A DNA stretch of 64,000 bases from Malacoraja senta (Eukaryota): the NCBI GenBank assembly GCA_038087875.1, contig CM075996.1, forward strand, positions 5,210,001-5,274,000, read 5' to 3'. A program made the translations under genes and the position numbers. Under the pieces are notes generated by a model. The model was not told the origin of the DNA. It searched no databases and was given only the letters and a program-made list of their open reading frames with translations. Of the stretch, positions 29,701-41,700 are shown in pieces. Positions within the stretch are counted from its first letter, which is position 1. Each line of letters begins with the position of its first letter.

Positions 29701-32700
29701 GAGAGAGCTAGATAGGGCTCTTAAAAATAGCGGTCAGGGGATATGGGGAGAAGGCAGGAACGGGGTACTGATTGGGGATGATTAGCCATGATCACATTGA
29801 ATGACGGTGCTGGCTCGATGGGCCGAATGGCCTACTCCTGCACCTATTGTCTATTGTCTATTGAGGGCTGGCAAGAAAAAAAGTTGCAAATTTATAGTGT
29901 AAACACATGTGATCAATTCAAAAAGGTGATGTTCTCAATTTGTTTCTTTCCAGATATAGTGAGTAAGGGGGACTGCAAGTATGGGAATCACTGTACATTT
30001 GCTTACTGTCAAGAGGAGATAGATGTTTGGACACTGGAGCGTAAAGGAGCAATAAACCGCGAGCTACTCTTCGACCCACTAGGAGGCGACACAAGATGCA
30101 GCCTCACCGTAGCTAAACTGCTGAAGGAACATCTTGGCCACTTTATGTATCTTTGTGAGGTGAGATATTGGAAAACACATGGAAGTCTTTTAATCCCAAC
30201 ATTTATTTTTTTTTCTGCTCTTTAAGTAACATAACACCTCCATTCTCCCCATTGTTGTTTTCAAACCACTCCATGGCTTAGGCATTCATGGCAACCCCCT
30301 CTCTACATGGCAATGTACATATTGTGTCAAAAACTCAAATACCATTGGTGGATAGTTTCCTGCCTAATCAGGTTTGCATTCCCTAAGTAATGCCTTTAGA
30401 ACCTGCTGAAAGGTAATACTCCGAACATGTTCAAGAAGGAACGGCAGATGCTGGAAAATCGAAGGTAGACAAAATTGCTGGAGAAACTCAACGGGTACGG
30501 CAGCATCTATGGAGCAAAGGAAATAGGCAACGTTTCGGGTCGAAAAGAGTCTGAAGAAGGGTTTCGGCCCGAAACGTTGCCTATTTCCTTCGCTTAGGTG
30601 CTGCCTCACCGGCTGAGTTTCTCCAGCAATTTTGTCTACCTTCATGCTCCGAACATACTCTCCATCTGATATTAAATCTTTGGCATTCTCCGACTCCAGG
30701 GGGGCTGTGGATGCTCAGTTATGGAGTAGATTGAGTGCTGATACTAACATGTTTTTGAGCACTGATGGGGCTCCCTTGGTGAGTGTATCTTCTATTCTCA
30801 CATGTCACATTAACACTCTCCAGGGCTAGTTATCACAGATGTGATGTTTGTCTGGTGTGCATTCTATGTGGTCTCAGCTTTGGCAGGAACAGTGTCTGTG
30901 CACGGTGGTGCAGCGGTAGAGTTGCTGCCTTGCTGCGCCAGAGATCCAGGTTTGATCCTGACCTCGCATGCCATCTGAGCGGAATTTGTACGTTCTCCCT
31001 GTGACCGCGTGGGTTTTTGCCGGGTGTTCCGGTTTTCCTCCCACATCCCAAAGATGTACAGGGTTTGTAGGTCTGTAAATTGTCCCCAGTGTGTAGGATA
31101 GAACTAGTGTACGGGTGATTGTTGGTCGGTGTGCCTTAGGGCCTGTTTCTACGCTGTATCTCTAAACTAAACTAAAGCCATTCTGGTGGGATGGCGATTA
31201 AGTCTTCATATCAGCGGCAACACTAAATGGAATCAGCCTGAAGATGGGTCCACACTCGAAAAGTTACAGTGATGCCCACCTCAGTGTACACTTCCTTTCC
31301 CCATTGATTACTTTTTTCCTCATTCCTCAATTCAGTGAAGCCAAATCTAAAGCCACCGTATCCTATACGTACTTCCCTTTTAAAATGGTTTTTTTATGAA
31401 CTCCAAATGCATTCCCCCTCCCCCTCTTTCAATCTCTGATGCTCATTTTCGCCTTCTGTTACAGGAATGTTTTGATAGCAAACCCAGGTTAATAAGCAAG
31501 AAGATTAAGGAGGATGCATCATTCTGTTCTAATCCAGAAATTATGCACGATTTTGAAGAGAATAAGTGAGTATGCAAGATCTCAATGCAGAGGGAACTAC
31601 CTGACCCGGGGTTTGGGGAAGGGACCAGACTGGACAGTTCCTGGATGAAATCCCGGATCGTGTTGAGTAAACTGGTAGTGGTCAGTCAGTAGCTGAAGTG
31701 CTAAGGCGACAGATGGCGCAATGGGCTAAGTGTTCGGCTGGCAACCGGAAGGTAGCCGGTTCGAATTCCGCTTGGAGTGCATACTGTCGTTGTGTCCTTG
31801 GGCAAGACACTTCACCCACCTTTGCCTGCGTGTGAATGTGTGTGAATGTGTGTGAGTGATTGGTGGTGGTCGGAGGGGCCGTAGGCGCAAATTAGCAGCC
31901 ACGCTTCCGTCAGTCTGCCCCAGGGCAGCTGTGGCTACAGAAGTAGCTCACCACCACCGAGTGTGACTGAGGAGTGAATGAATAATGCGATGTAAAGCGC
32001 CTTGAGTATTAGAAAGGCGCTATATAAATCCAATCCATTATTATTATTATTATTACTAGTAATGGTAGCGGCCCAGTGACAAAGCTGCCTCTCAACGCCA
32101 GAGATCCGGGATCAATCCTGAGTTTGAGTGCCGTGTGTGTGGAGTTTGCACGTTCTCCCTGCGACCATGTGGGTTTCCTCCGGCTGCTCCAGTTTCCTCG
32201 CAAATTTCACAGGCGTGCGGGTTTGTAGGTTAATTGGCCTTCGTAAAATTGCTCCTGGTGTGTAGAAACATCTGGGGTACCATCGAATGAGTGTGAACGG
32301 GTGATAGATGGAGGGTGTGGATTTGGTGGGCCAAAGGGCCTGTTTCCATGCTGTATCTCTAAACGAATGTAAACTTGCATCAATGCCCCATGGCATGATG
32401 CCAAGGACAATGATATGAATCGGCCAGACTTCCTGCTCCTTAGCACTCAGACTCTTCCTGGCTGAAAATTGTGGGCAAAGACGGCACTAGATTGTGGTGC
32501 CAACTGCAGTATGGCTTGTTGATGCTCTCCATCCAAGTTAAACTGTACCCTGTAGCTATGTGGGCAGGATACACACAAAATGCTGGTGTAACTCAGTGGG
32601 ATAGGCAGCATCTCTGGAGAGAAGGAATGGGTGACATTTCGGGTCGAGACCCTTCTTCAGACTGATGTCAGGGGAGTGGGCGGGACAGAGATAGAATGCA

Positions 32701-35700
32701 GTCGGTGACAGTAAGACAGGTGGGAGAACTGGGAAGGGGGAGGGGATGGAGAGAGAGCGAGCAAAAGCAAGGGCTATTTGAAGTTAGAGAAGTCAATGTT
32801 CATACCGCTGGGGTGTAAGCTACCCAAGCGAAATATGAGGTGCTGTTCCTCTAATTTGCGCTGGGCCTCACTCTGACGATGGAGGAGGCCCAGGACAGAA
32901 AGGTCAGATTGGGAATGGGAGGGTGAGTTAAAGTGCTGGGCAACCGGGAGATCAGGTAGATTAAGGCGGACTGAGCGGAGGTGTTCAGCGAAACGATCGC
33001 CGAACCTGCGCTTGGTCTCGCCGATGTACAGGAGTTGACACCTTGAACAGCTGATACAGTAGATGAGGTTGGAGGAGGTGCAAGTGAACCTCTGCCTCAC
33101 CTGGAAAGACTGTCGGGGTCCTTGGACGGAGTCGAGGGGGGTAGGTAAAGAGACATCTCCTGCAGTTGCAAGGGAAAGTACCTGGGGAGGGGATGGTTTG
33201 GGTGTGAAGGGACGAGTTGACCAGGGAGTTGCGGAGGGAACGGTCTGCGGAAAGCAGAAAGGGGTGGAGATGGGAAGATGTGGGCAGTGGTGGGATCCCG
33301 TTGGAGGTGGCGAAGGTGGACAGGATGTTGGATCTTATCAAGCAGGGGAAAATTGACACTTCTCCCCTCTCCCACCTGGCAAAAAGTATAGAAGTGTGAA
33401 AACGCACACCTCCAGATTCAGGGACAGTTTCTTCCCAGCTGTTGTCAGACAACTGAACCATCCTACCACAACTAGAGAGCAGTCTAGAACTACTATCAAA
33501 CTCGTATATGTGACCCTAGGACTATCTTTGATCAGACTTTGCTGGCTTTACCTTGCACTAAATGTTATTCCCTTATCATGTATCTATACACTGAACGGCT
33601 CGATTGTAATCATGTATTGTCTTTCTTCTGACTGGTTAGCACGCAACATAAGCTTTTCACTGTACATTTGTTCACGTGGCAGTGAACTAACCTAAACTAA
33701 ACCCCCAGGTGCCTGGTCCACATGTTGCGTGCCACAACCGTGAAGTATTCCAAGATCCGCCAGTTCCAGGAGCACTGCCAGTTCGACGTGTGCCGGCATG
33801 AGGTGCGCTATGGGTGCCTGCGGGAGGACAGCTGTAACTTTGCCCACAGCCTCGTCGAGCTCAAGGTCTGGGTGATGCAGCAAAGTTCAGGTACACCCGA
33901 GGAATTCTGCTGTGTGCTTTCTGCTCAACATTCCATGTTAGCCATGTAGACATGTTCACAGCAAGGTGAACCGACAGACCTAAAAGATGGTCAGCACCAC
34001 CTGAGGCTGGTTTAGTTTAATTTAGAGATACAACGCGGAAATAGGCCCTTCGGCCCACAGAATCCCACGCTGACTAGCGAGCACTCTGTACACTAGTGTT
34101 TAAGAAGGAACTGCAGATGCTGGAAAATCGAAGGTACACAAAAATGCTGGAGAAACTCAGCGGGTGCAGTACACAAAAATGCTGGAGAAACTCAGCGGGT
34201 GCAGTACACAAAAATGCTGGAGAAACTCAGCGGGTGCAGTACACAAAAATGCTGGAGAAACTCAGCGGGTGCAGTACACAAAAATGCTGGAGAAACTCAG
34301 CGGGTGCAGTACACAAAAATGCTGGAGAAACTCAGCGGGTGCAGTACACAAAAATGCTGGAGAAACTCAGCGGGTGCAGTACACAAAAATGCCGCAATAA
34401 CCAACGGCTTGGCGATCGTTTCGTCGAACACCTCCGTTCGGTCCGCAATAGCCAACGGCTTGGCGATCGTTTCGCCGAACACCTCCGCTCGGTCCGCAAT
34501 AACCAACCTGACCTCCCGGTGGCTCAGCACTTCAACTCCCCCTCCCCCTCCCATTCCTTATCCGACCTCTCTGTCCTGGGTCTCCTCCACAGCCAGAGCG
34601 AGCAACACCGGAAATTGGAGGAACAGCACCTCATATTCCGCTTGGGGAGTCTGCATCCTGGGGGCATGAACATTGAATTCTCCCAATTTTGTTAGCCCCT
34701 GCTGTCTCCTCCCCTTCCTATCTCTCCCTCAGCCCTCGGGCTCCTCCTCCTTTTTCCTTTCTTCTCCCCGCCCCCCCTCCCTCCACCCCCTATCAGTCTG
34801 AAGAAGGGTTTCGGCCCGAAACGTTGCCTATTTCCTTCGCTCCATTGATGCTGCCTCACCCGCTGAGTTTCTCCAGCATTTTTGTGTAACTCCGTACACT
34901 AGCACCATCCTGCACACAATTCTAATTTTTTATTTTTTTATTTTTTCCCAAACCAACTAACGTACAAACCTTTGGAGTGTGGGAGGTGAAGGTGTCTGGA
35001 GTACAGTGGGCTTGCGTACTGCCGGCCTTGTCCACACGAAGCCTCATTGTTCCATGTTGCATTGTAGTGATTCTGTAATCCCCATTCATCTTGCAGGCAT
35101 CGCGCACAATGAGATTGTAGAGGAGTCTACGAAGTATTGGCAGTGTGTGGAAGCAAGTGCAAACAAACTACAGGTACCTTGATAAGGATGAGGTCACTTA
35201 AACCACTTAAACATGCTATTAAGCATGTTTATAGCATGTTGTTATAAACATATTCATTCCTTCGTTCATTTGTTTATAACCACAACAGCTACTTGCATTT
35301 ATCCAGTGCCTTTAAAGACTTAGTTTTATGGTGAGAAGGACAAATTCTAATTTTATTAGAGGTAAGTACAGTAATGTGGCACCAATGTGCCTAATATATA
35401 TATTGACATGTTACATTTTTTTCTTGCTTCATTTTTTTTTCCCTTAACAATAAAAGAGAAAAAGAAAGAATAGGTAATAAAGAAATAGAAAAGTGTGTGA
35501 TGTCTAGATGTGTGAAAAGGAAAAGGGAGGAAAGAGGGGAAGGAAAAAAAAAGAGAGAAAAAGAGGAAGTAGAGAGTAAGAGATTGTAGGAGATCGTTAT
35601 TTATATTCTTGACCATCCTTCTCCCAGTCCTGAAACAGTTGGTTTCTACGATTTTGTTGCACCATATGCTTCCAAGAAGTCGATAAATGGAGACTAACTC

Positions 35701-38700
35701 GTTAAGAATTGGTCTGTTAGGAGGAATCGCATTTCTTCAAGATGTGCGGTGTCCAACATGTTTGAAATGCACATTTTAAGCGTTGGTATGGGTGTATTTT
35801 TCCAAAATTTAAAGGAGGAATGTGTGGCAAGTTTATTCACACAGAAAGGGGTGGGTGCCTGAATGCGTAGCCAGGGATACTGGTTGAGGCAGAAACGAAA
35901 GAGACATTCATGAGGCGTTTAGGTAGGCAAATGAAGATGGAAGAATATGGATCACGTGCAGGCAGGAGTAACTCGGTGGACATTATGTTCGGCACAGACA
36001 TAGTTCCTGTTTCCTGTGCTGTACCATTCTGTAGATAGACACAAGATGCTGGGGTAACTCCGCGGAACAGGCAGCATCTCTGGGGAGAAGGAATGGCTGA
36101 CGTTTCAGGTCGAGACCCTTCTTTAGACTGAAGAAGCGTCTCGAGCAGATACGTCACCTAGCCATGTCCTCCAGAGATGCTGCCTGTTCCGCTGAGTTAC
36201 TCCAACATTTTTCCTGCGTGTCTATCTTCGGTGTCAACCAGCATCTGCAGTTCCTGCCAACGCTGTACTATTCTACATTCTATGTTTAACTTAGTAAAAT
36301 GTCACTAAGCACTTTGCAAGAGTATTCAATAGCATTTGGCTCAAAGTGCCCTCGGAAGAATTAGGATAGGTTGGTTTTAAAGAATCTGCTAAAGGAGGTG
36401 AGAAGATGGGAAGATTCATGGAGGGAATTCTGGACTTGAGAGTTTGCACAGTTGAATGCACCACTTCCAATAGTCCGCAGGTGTTAATGGAGCTGCACAA
36501 GAGGGCAGTGAGGAACTTTAGGTTGATTGTTGTCATGTTTATCCAGGTACAATGAAAAGTTTTGCTGTGCATGCCATCCAAATAGATTAGATATACTATA
36601 CATAAATACAATGTATTTGTCAAACTCAAGTAAAATAGAAGTACCAAGCAAAAGGGAAGATGCAAAGTGCAGAATATAGTTTCAGCATTGTGGCACCCCG
36701 GTTCCATAGAGAGTCCAATGTCCGCAATGGGGTAGAGGTGAATTGGGCAGTCTCCCAGCTTATGGAAGGACCGTTCATAAGCCTGACATCATGGATCTGA
36801 TTGGTGTCAAAATGATATTTTGGAATTCAGTAATAACACCAACTTGGACTTGGGTGGGGGGTGGAAGATTGCAACCTTCACCTGTTTCGACGAATGCAAT
36901 CAACCCGGCGTGCACAATCAAATAAGATCAAATAGAACAAGTTGTCCTACAACTTTAGGCTGTGCACGCCATAGGCAAGAAGAAGAAAGACTTGGGTGGC
37001 ACAGCAAACAACCAGGGTACTTATCGAGAACTTTCTCAAACACAGTTTGACATTGAGCCACAGAGGGATTTACTGGAGCCAAAGTTGGGTGGAATTCCAA
37101 AGTGAGTGCTTCCAATCAGCCGTGGAGTTAATTGCCCCAATATTAACAAACTGAAGAGACCGTAAAGATGAGCAGAAATCTCAGGGTTTGTTGTACTGAA
37201 GGTGATTACAACAAGAGAGTCCATGGAGTGATTGAAAACGAGGATGACTGTTTTAAAATGGAGTCATTGCTGATCTGGGAATCGCAGTTGAGTTGAAGAA
37301 GGAACTGCAGATGCTGGAAAAATCGAAGGTAGACAAAAAAGCTGGAGAAAGCGGGTGAGGCAGCATCTATGGAGCGAAGGAATAGGCGACGTTTCAGGTC
37401 GAGACCCTTCTTCAGACTGATCGCTGTTGGACAGCATGGCTGGTGAATGGATGCGACATGCAGAAACAAAGAACTGCAGGTGCTGGTTAATACCACAAAA
37501 GGACATAAAGTGCCGGAGGAACTCAGCAGAGCAGGCAGCATCTCTGGAGAACATGGCGGGTAGTTGACCAGTCTGAAGAAGGGTCTCGACCCGAAACGTC
37601 ACCGATCCATGTTCTCCAGAGATGTTGCCTGACCTGCTCAGATATTCCAGCAATTTGTGCCCTTTAATGGATGAGACCATCGCAGATTAGGACAGGACGG
37701 CAGATTTTTGATGATTCCATGTTTCTGGGGAATGAGGAAGACCAGCCGGTAGAGTCATGTAGATTTAATGAAGCTGTAGATGGGACTTTCGGCATCGGAT
37801 AAATTAAAGTTGGCTGGAGACTGACGCCGTTACAGAAGCAAAGGGGAACTCGGATGCCTACTGCCCAGCTCCCAAAGACAAAGGCCATTTTGTTGCACCT
37901 CTTCACTGCATTGAAATGGAAACAGGGACTTGGTTGTCCTTTATGGCTTTGAGATGGCTATCTGCTGACCTTCGACGGGCTCTACTTTGATTGCTGACCT
38001 GATGTTTCTGTGTTTTGCTTGCTTGAGGTGTCATCTAAAGCTGGAAAAGCAAACTCGCTGGGCATGAAGATGAAGTTTGTCTGCGGCCAGTGCTGGAGGA
38101 ATGGGCAGGTGGTCGAACCAGACAAGAGCCTCAAGTACTGCAATGCCAAAATACGCCATGGGTCAGTTCACATCCTTTCACTTTGATCTTTTTCAAAGAA
38201 TAGGGGGGGGGGGGGGGTTAGGCCCAGAATGTGACGCTCAGCTACTAAATGGTGCACAAGATGGGAGAAGTTGGGGGTAGACAGTGTGGCAAATACTGGT
38301 GGGGTCAGAGTGCGAATCTCTGGCTGGATCTCCGATATTAAGATGTTGTGTTGGCCATTTGTTTTACTGTTCTCCCACCCTGCTCCTCTTATTCCCTTTC
38401 ACTTATCCGTGTTTGTGTCCCTCTTTGTACTTTATTTTTTCTTTACCTTCATTCCCATCTTTTGCTCCTTTTTTTCCCCCCCTTTCAACCTCTGTCTCTG
38501 CCCGTCCTCTTTTCCTCCCCTCACCCTGGTTTTCCCTCTACTTTCTTGCGCTCCTTTTTTCTCCTCTTTCACTTAACCAGTCCCTTTTTTTCATTTCTTT
38601 CTTTAAACCTTACCTTTGTCTCGCCCCCTTTTTCTCTTTTCCCTCTTTTTTAAAACTTTCTGGTAAACTCTGGTCCTTCTCGTTCTAACTGTATCTTACA

Positions 38701-41700
38701 GTATGAACATTAAATGGCCTCTCTTCAGGTTCAATGTTGCAGCCTGGCATGTTCACCCCTCTGTCGGAAGTGTTAATGTGCTCGGATTCTGACACCAGCC
38801 ACCCTTTAGTTCCTTGGCCAAGTAGCCTTGCTTTCCGCAGTGGTGCCTGGATGTTAGGTTTGCAGTCTATTCAGCTCTCTATTGCAGCAGGTACACTCAT
38901 TAATTATCAGCTTGCGCTTCGATCTCCACACACACTCCACAGTGATCAGAGCTAGACACTGGCTACTCCTGACACACCATTGTTGAGATCAGTTGTATGA
39001 CCTGCGAGTGCAGAGAGACGAGGGCTGCCGAAGCTCAGCAGGTCAAGCAGCATCTCAGGAGGATGTGGGTAGGCAACGTTTTGGGTTGGGACCCCTCTTC
39101 AGACTGATTGTAGGAGGGGGGGGGGAAAGCTGGAAGAGATTGAATATGGGTCACCGATCAACTGGAATAACTTTCCAGTGTTCTAACTGACTGCAGGGAG
39201 ACAAAATTGCTGGAGAAACTCAGCGGGTGAGGCAGCATCTATGGAGCGAAGGAAATAGGCAACGTTTCGGGCCGAAACCCTTCTTCAGACTGATCAGTCT
39301 GAAGAAGAGTCCAGACCCGAAACATCACTGATCTATGTTCTCCCAAGGTGCTGGCTGACCAGCTGAGTTACTCCAGCAATCGGTGTCGTTGAGTGTAATC
39401 CGTCACCACTGGAGCCATTCCACCAAACCTCTTCCGAAGCTTTCACTTTCTTCCTAAGGAGTGATCTTCCTCTGGTTTTTGCGCAGATGGACGAAAGAGC
39501 GGCGGGTGATGCTGGTGATGTCCAGCGAGCGGAAGAAGTGGGTTGCCATCCGTCCGCTGCCGTCTTGCAGGAACATCCCTCAGCAGTATGACGTGAGTAC
39601 AGGGAGGCAGCAGGCTTCATGGCTTCCATGACTTTACTTTCGCAGCCATTGATGTTTTTAGTTTGAAGGGCCTGTCCCACCTTGCGATTTTTTTTATTCG
39701 GCGACTGCCAGCATCATATCAGGGTCGCCGAAAGATTTAGAACATTTCAAAATCCAGCGGCGACAAAAAAAATGTCGCGGCACTTGGAAAAAACACCGCG
39801 CGTCAATACGTCATCACGCCGCACATTTTTCCGTGACCGGATGCGTCAGTCAATGATGCCGGCAGTCGCCGAAAAAATCGGCAAGTGGGACAGGCCCTTA
39901 AGAGACACAGCGCAGAAACAGTCCCTTCGCCCGCCGAGTCCGTACCGACCAGCTCTATCTTATCCCACTTTGTTATCCACAAGGCAGGGTTTGCTTGGCC
40001 TTTCTTGCGGGGTCAATCCTCCAATGTGTTCCGTCTGCTTATTTTCCAGTTGTGTTCGCACGTGGCCAACGGGAAGAAGTGCCTGTACATTGGGAACTGT
40101 TCCTTTGCCCACAGTTTGGAGGAGCGCGATGCCTGGACCTACATGAAGGAGACCAAAAGTGAGTAACTTTCATTTTCAAACTGTTATCCCCCCCCCCCCC
40201 TGCGAGTCCACACTTGCTGGCTCCATTCAAAGAGAAGCACTAGCCCTCTTAAATCACCCGGCGGTCTGATTCTCCCGTCGCCTCTGGTTGCAGCTATCAA
40301 ACGCTCTTTGTGATTTAAAAAAAACAAAAAAACTTGCCCTCAAGATCCACTTGGACTCTCCCATCTCTCACCTTAAAGCCAGGTTTCTGATAAACCGAGC
40401 AGAAGATGGTTGTGCTGATGTATAATCGTACTCGTGTATAAGCAGGATTTGACCTGGATTGTACACCAAGTTTCCCCCCCCCCCTGCAACTCGAGTTCTT
40501 CCATTTGCCGTCTTTCCGTACAGTGCACGACATGCAGCAGGTATATGAGATGTGGTTGAAGAGTCAGAAGCCAATGATGACCGGGGGGGCGACCGATCTT
40601 TCCACTCGGCCAACTGAGAAGCAGATCCACATGCCCACTGACTACGCCGACGTGGGGGTATGTACGGCACCTCCAGATCAGCATCTGTTTATGAAGAGTG
40701 GCCTCTCGTTCGCCGTTTCTTCTCGGGGTGGGTTACTTTCTCTCCTCACTGCGTCTGGTCCATCGTTTCCTTCCCCCCTGGGCTAGTTCTCCCTCACTCT
40801 GTCACTGCCTTCCCCGGTGTCTGTCTCTTGCTCGCTCCCTTCCTGTTTCGTCCTCTCCGGGCTCCAAATCGTTGAGCCACCACACTGGTTCTTCCGGGAA
40901 ACCAGTTTGTTCCTCTGCACACTTCTAACCTAGTCGACAATAGACAATAGGTGCAGGAGTAGGCCATTCGGCCCTTCGAGCCAGCACCGCCATTCAATGT
41001 GATCATGGCTGATCATCCCCAATCAGTACCCCGTTCCTGCCTTCTTCCCATATCCCCTGACTCCGCTATTTTTAAGAGCCCTATCTAGCTCTCTCTTGAA
41101 AGCATCCAGAGAACCGGCCTCCACCGCCCTCTGAGGCAGAGAATTCCACAGACTCACCACTCTCTGTTCTAAATGGCTTACTCCTTATTCTTAAACTGTG
41201 GCCCCTGGTTCTGGACTACCCCAACATCGGGAACATGTTTCCTAACTCTAGCGTCCTGCTCATCTTCCTGAAGGAGGCACGCAAGAAAAAGTAAAAGCAG
41301 TGGTCTCCCACTGTTCCAAACCCACCATTGGCAGTGGAGTAAAAAGCCCAGCCTGCCCCCCTCTCTCTCTCTCTGGACTCTATCCATCCTACCATCCTGT
41401 AAAGGATCCTCCCCTTTCCTCCATGCTCCAGTCTGCCATGGAACAAGCCAAAGGAGTTTGGGGAGGAGAACGTCAGAGCAATTCAGTCTCTTATCACTGA
41501 AAGTGAACCAGAGTAGGGGTGTCAGGCGTTATGGGGAGAAGGCAGGAGAATGGGGTTAAGAGGAAAAGATAGATCAGCCATGATTGAATGGCGGAGTAAA
41601 CTTGATGGGCCGAATGGCCTAATTCGGCTCCTAGAACTTATGAACAGAGGAAAAGGGGAACTCAACAGATTCCGAAGAGATAGAGGGATAGGCTGCAGTT

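Noticed and set aside
31705..31780. tRNA gene
   Set aside because: A/B boxes are present but run straight into a SINE core and LINE-type tail; I could not form an acceptor stem or find a Pol III terminator
34134..34392. CRISPR-like array of 35-bp repeats
   Set aside because: Units are head-to-tail with no spacers, derive from the Penelope terminal repeat, and lie in a vertebrate intron with no cas genes
38271..38688. Hydrophobic Phe/Leu/Pro-rich ORFs suggesting a membrane protein
   Set aside because: Low-complexity pyrimidine tract that is open in all three frames and intronic
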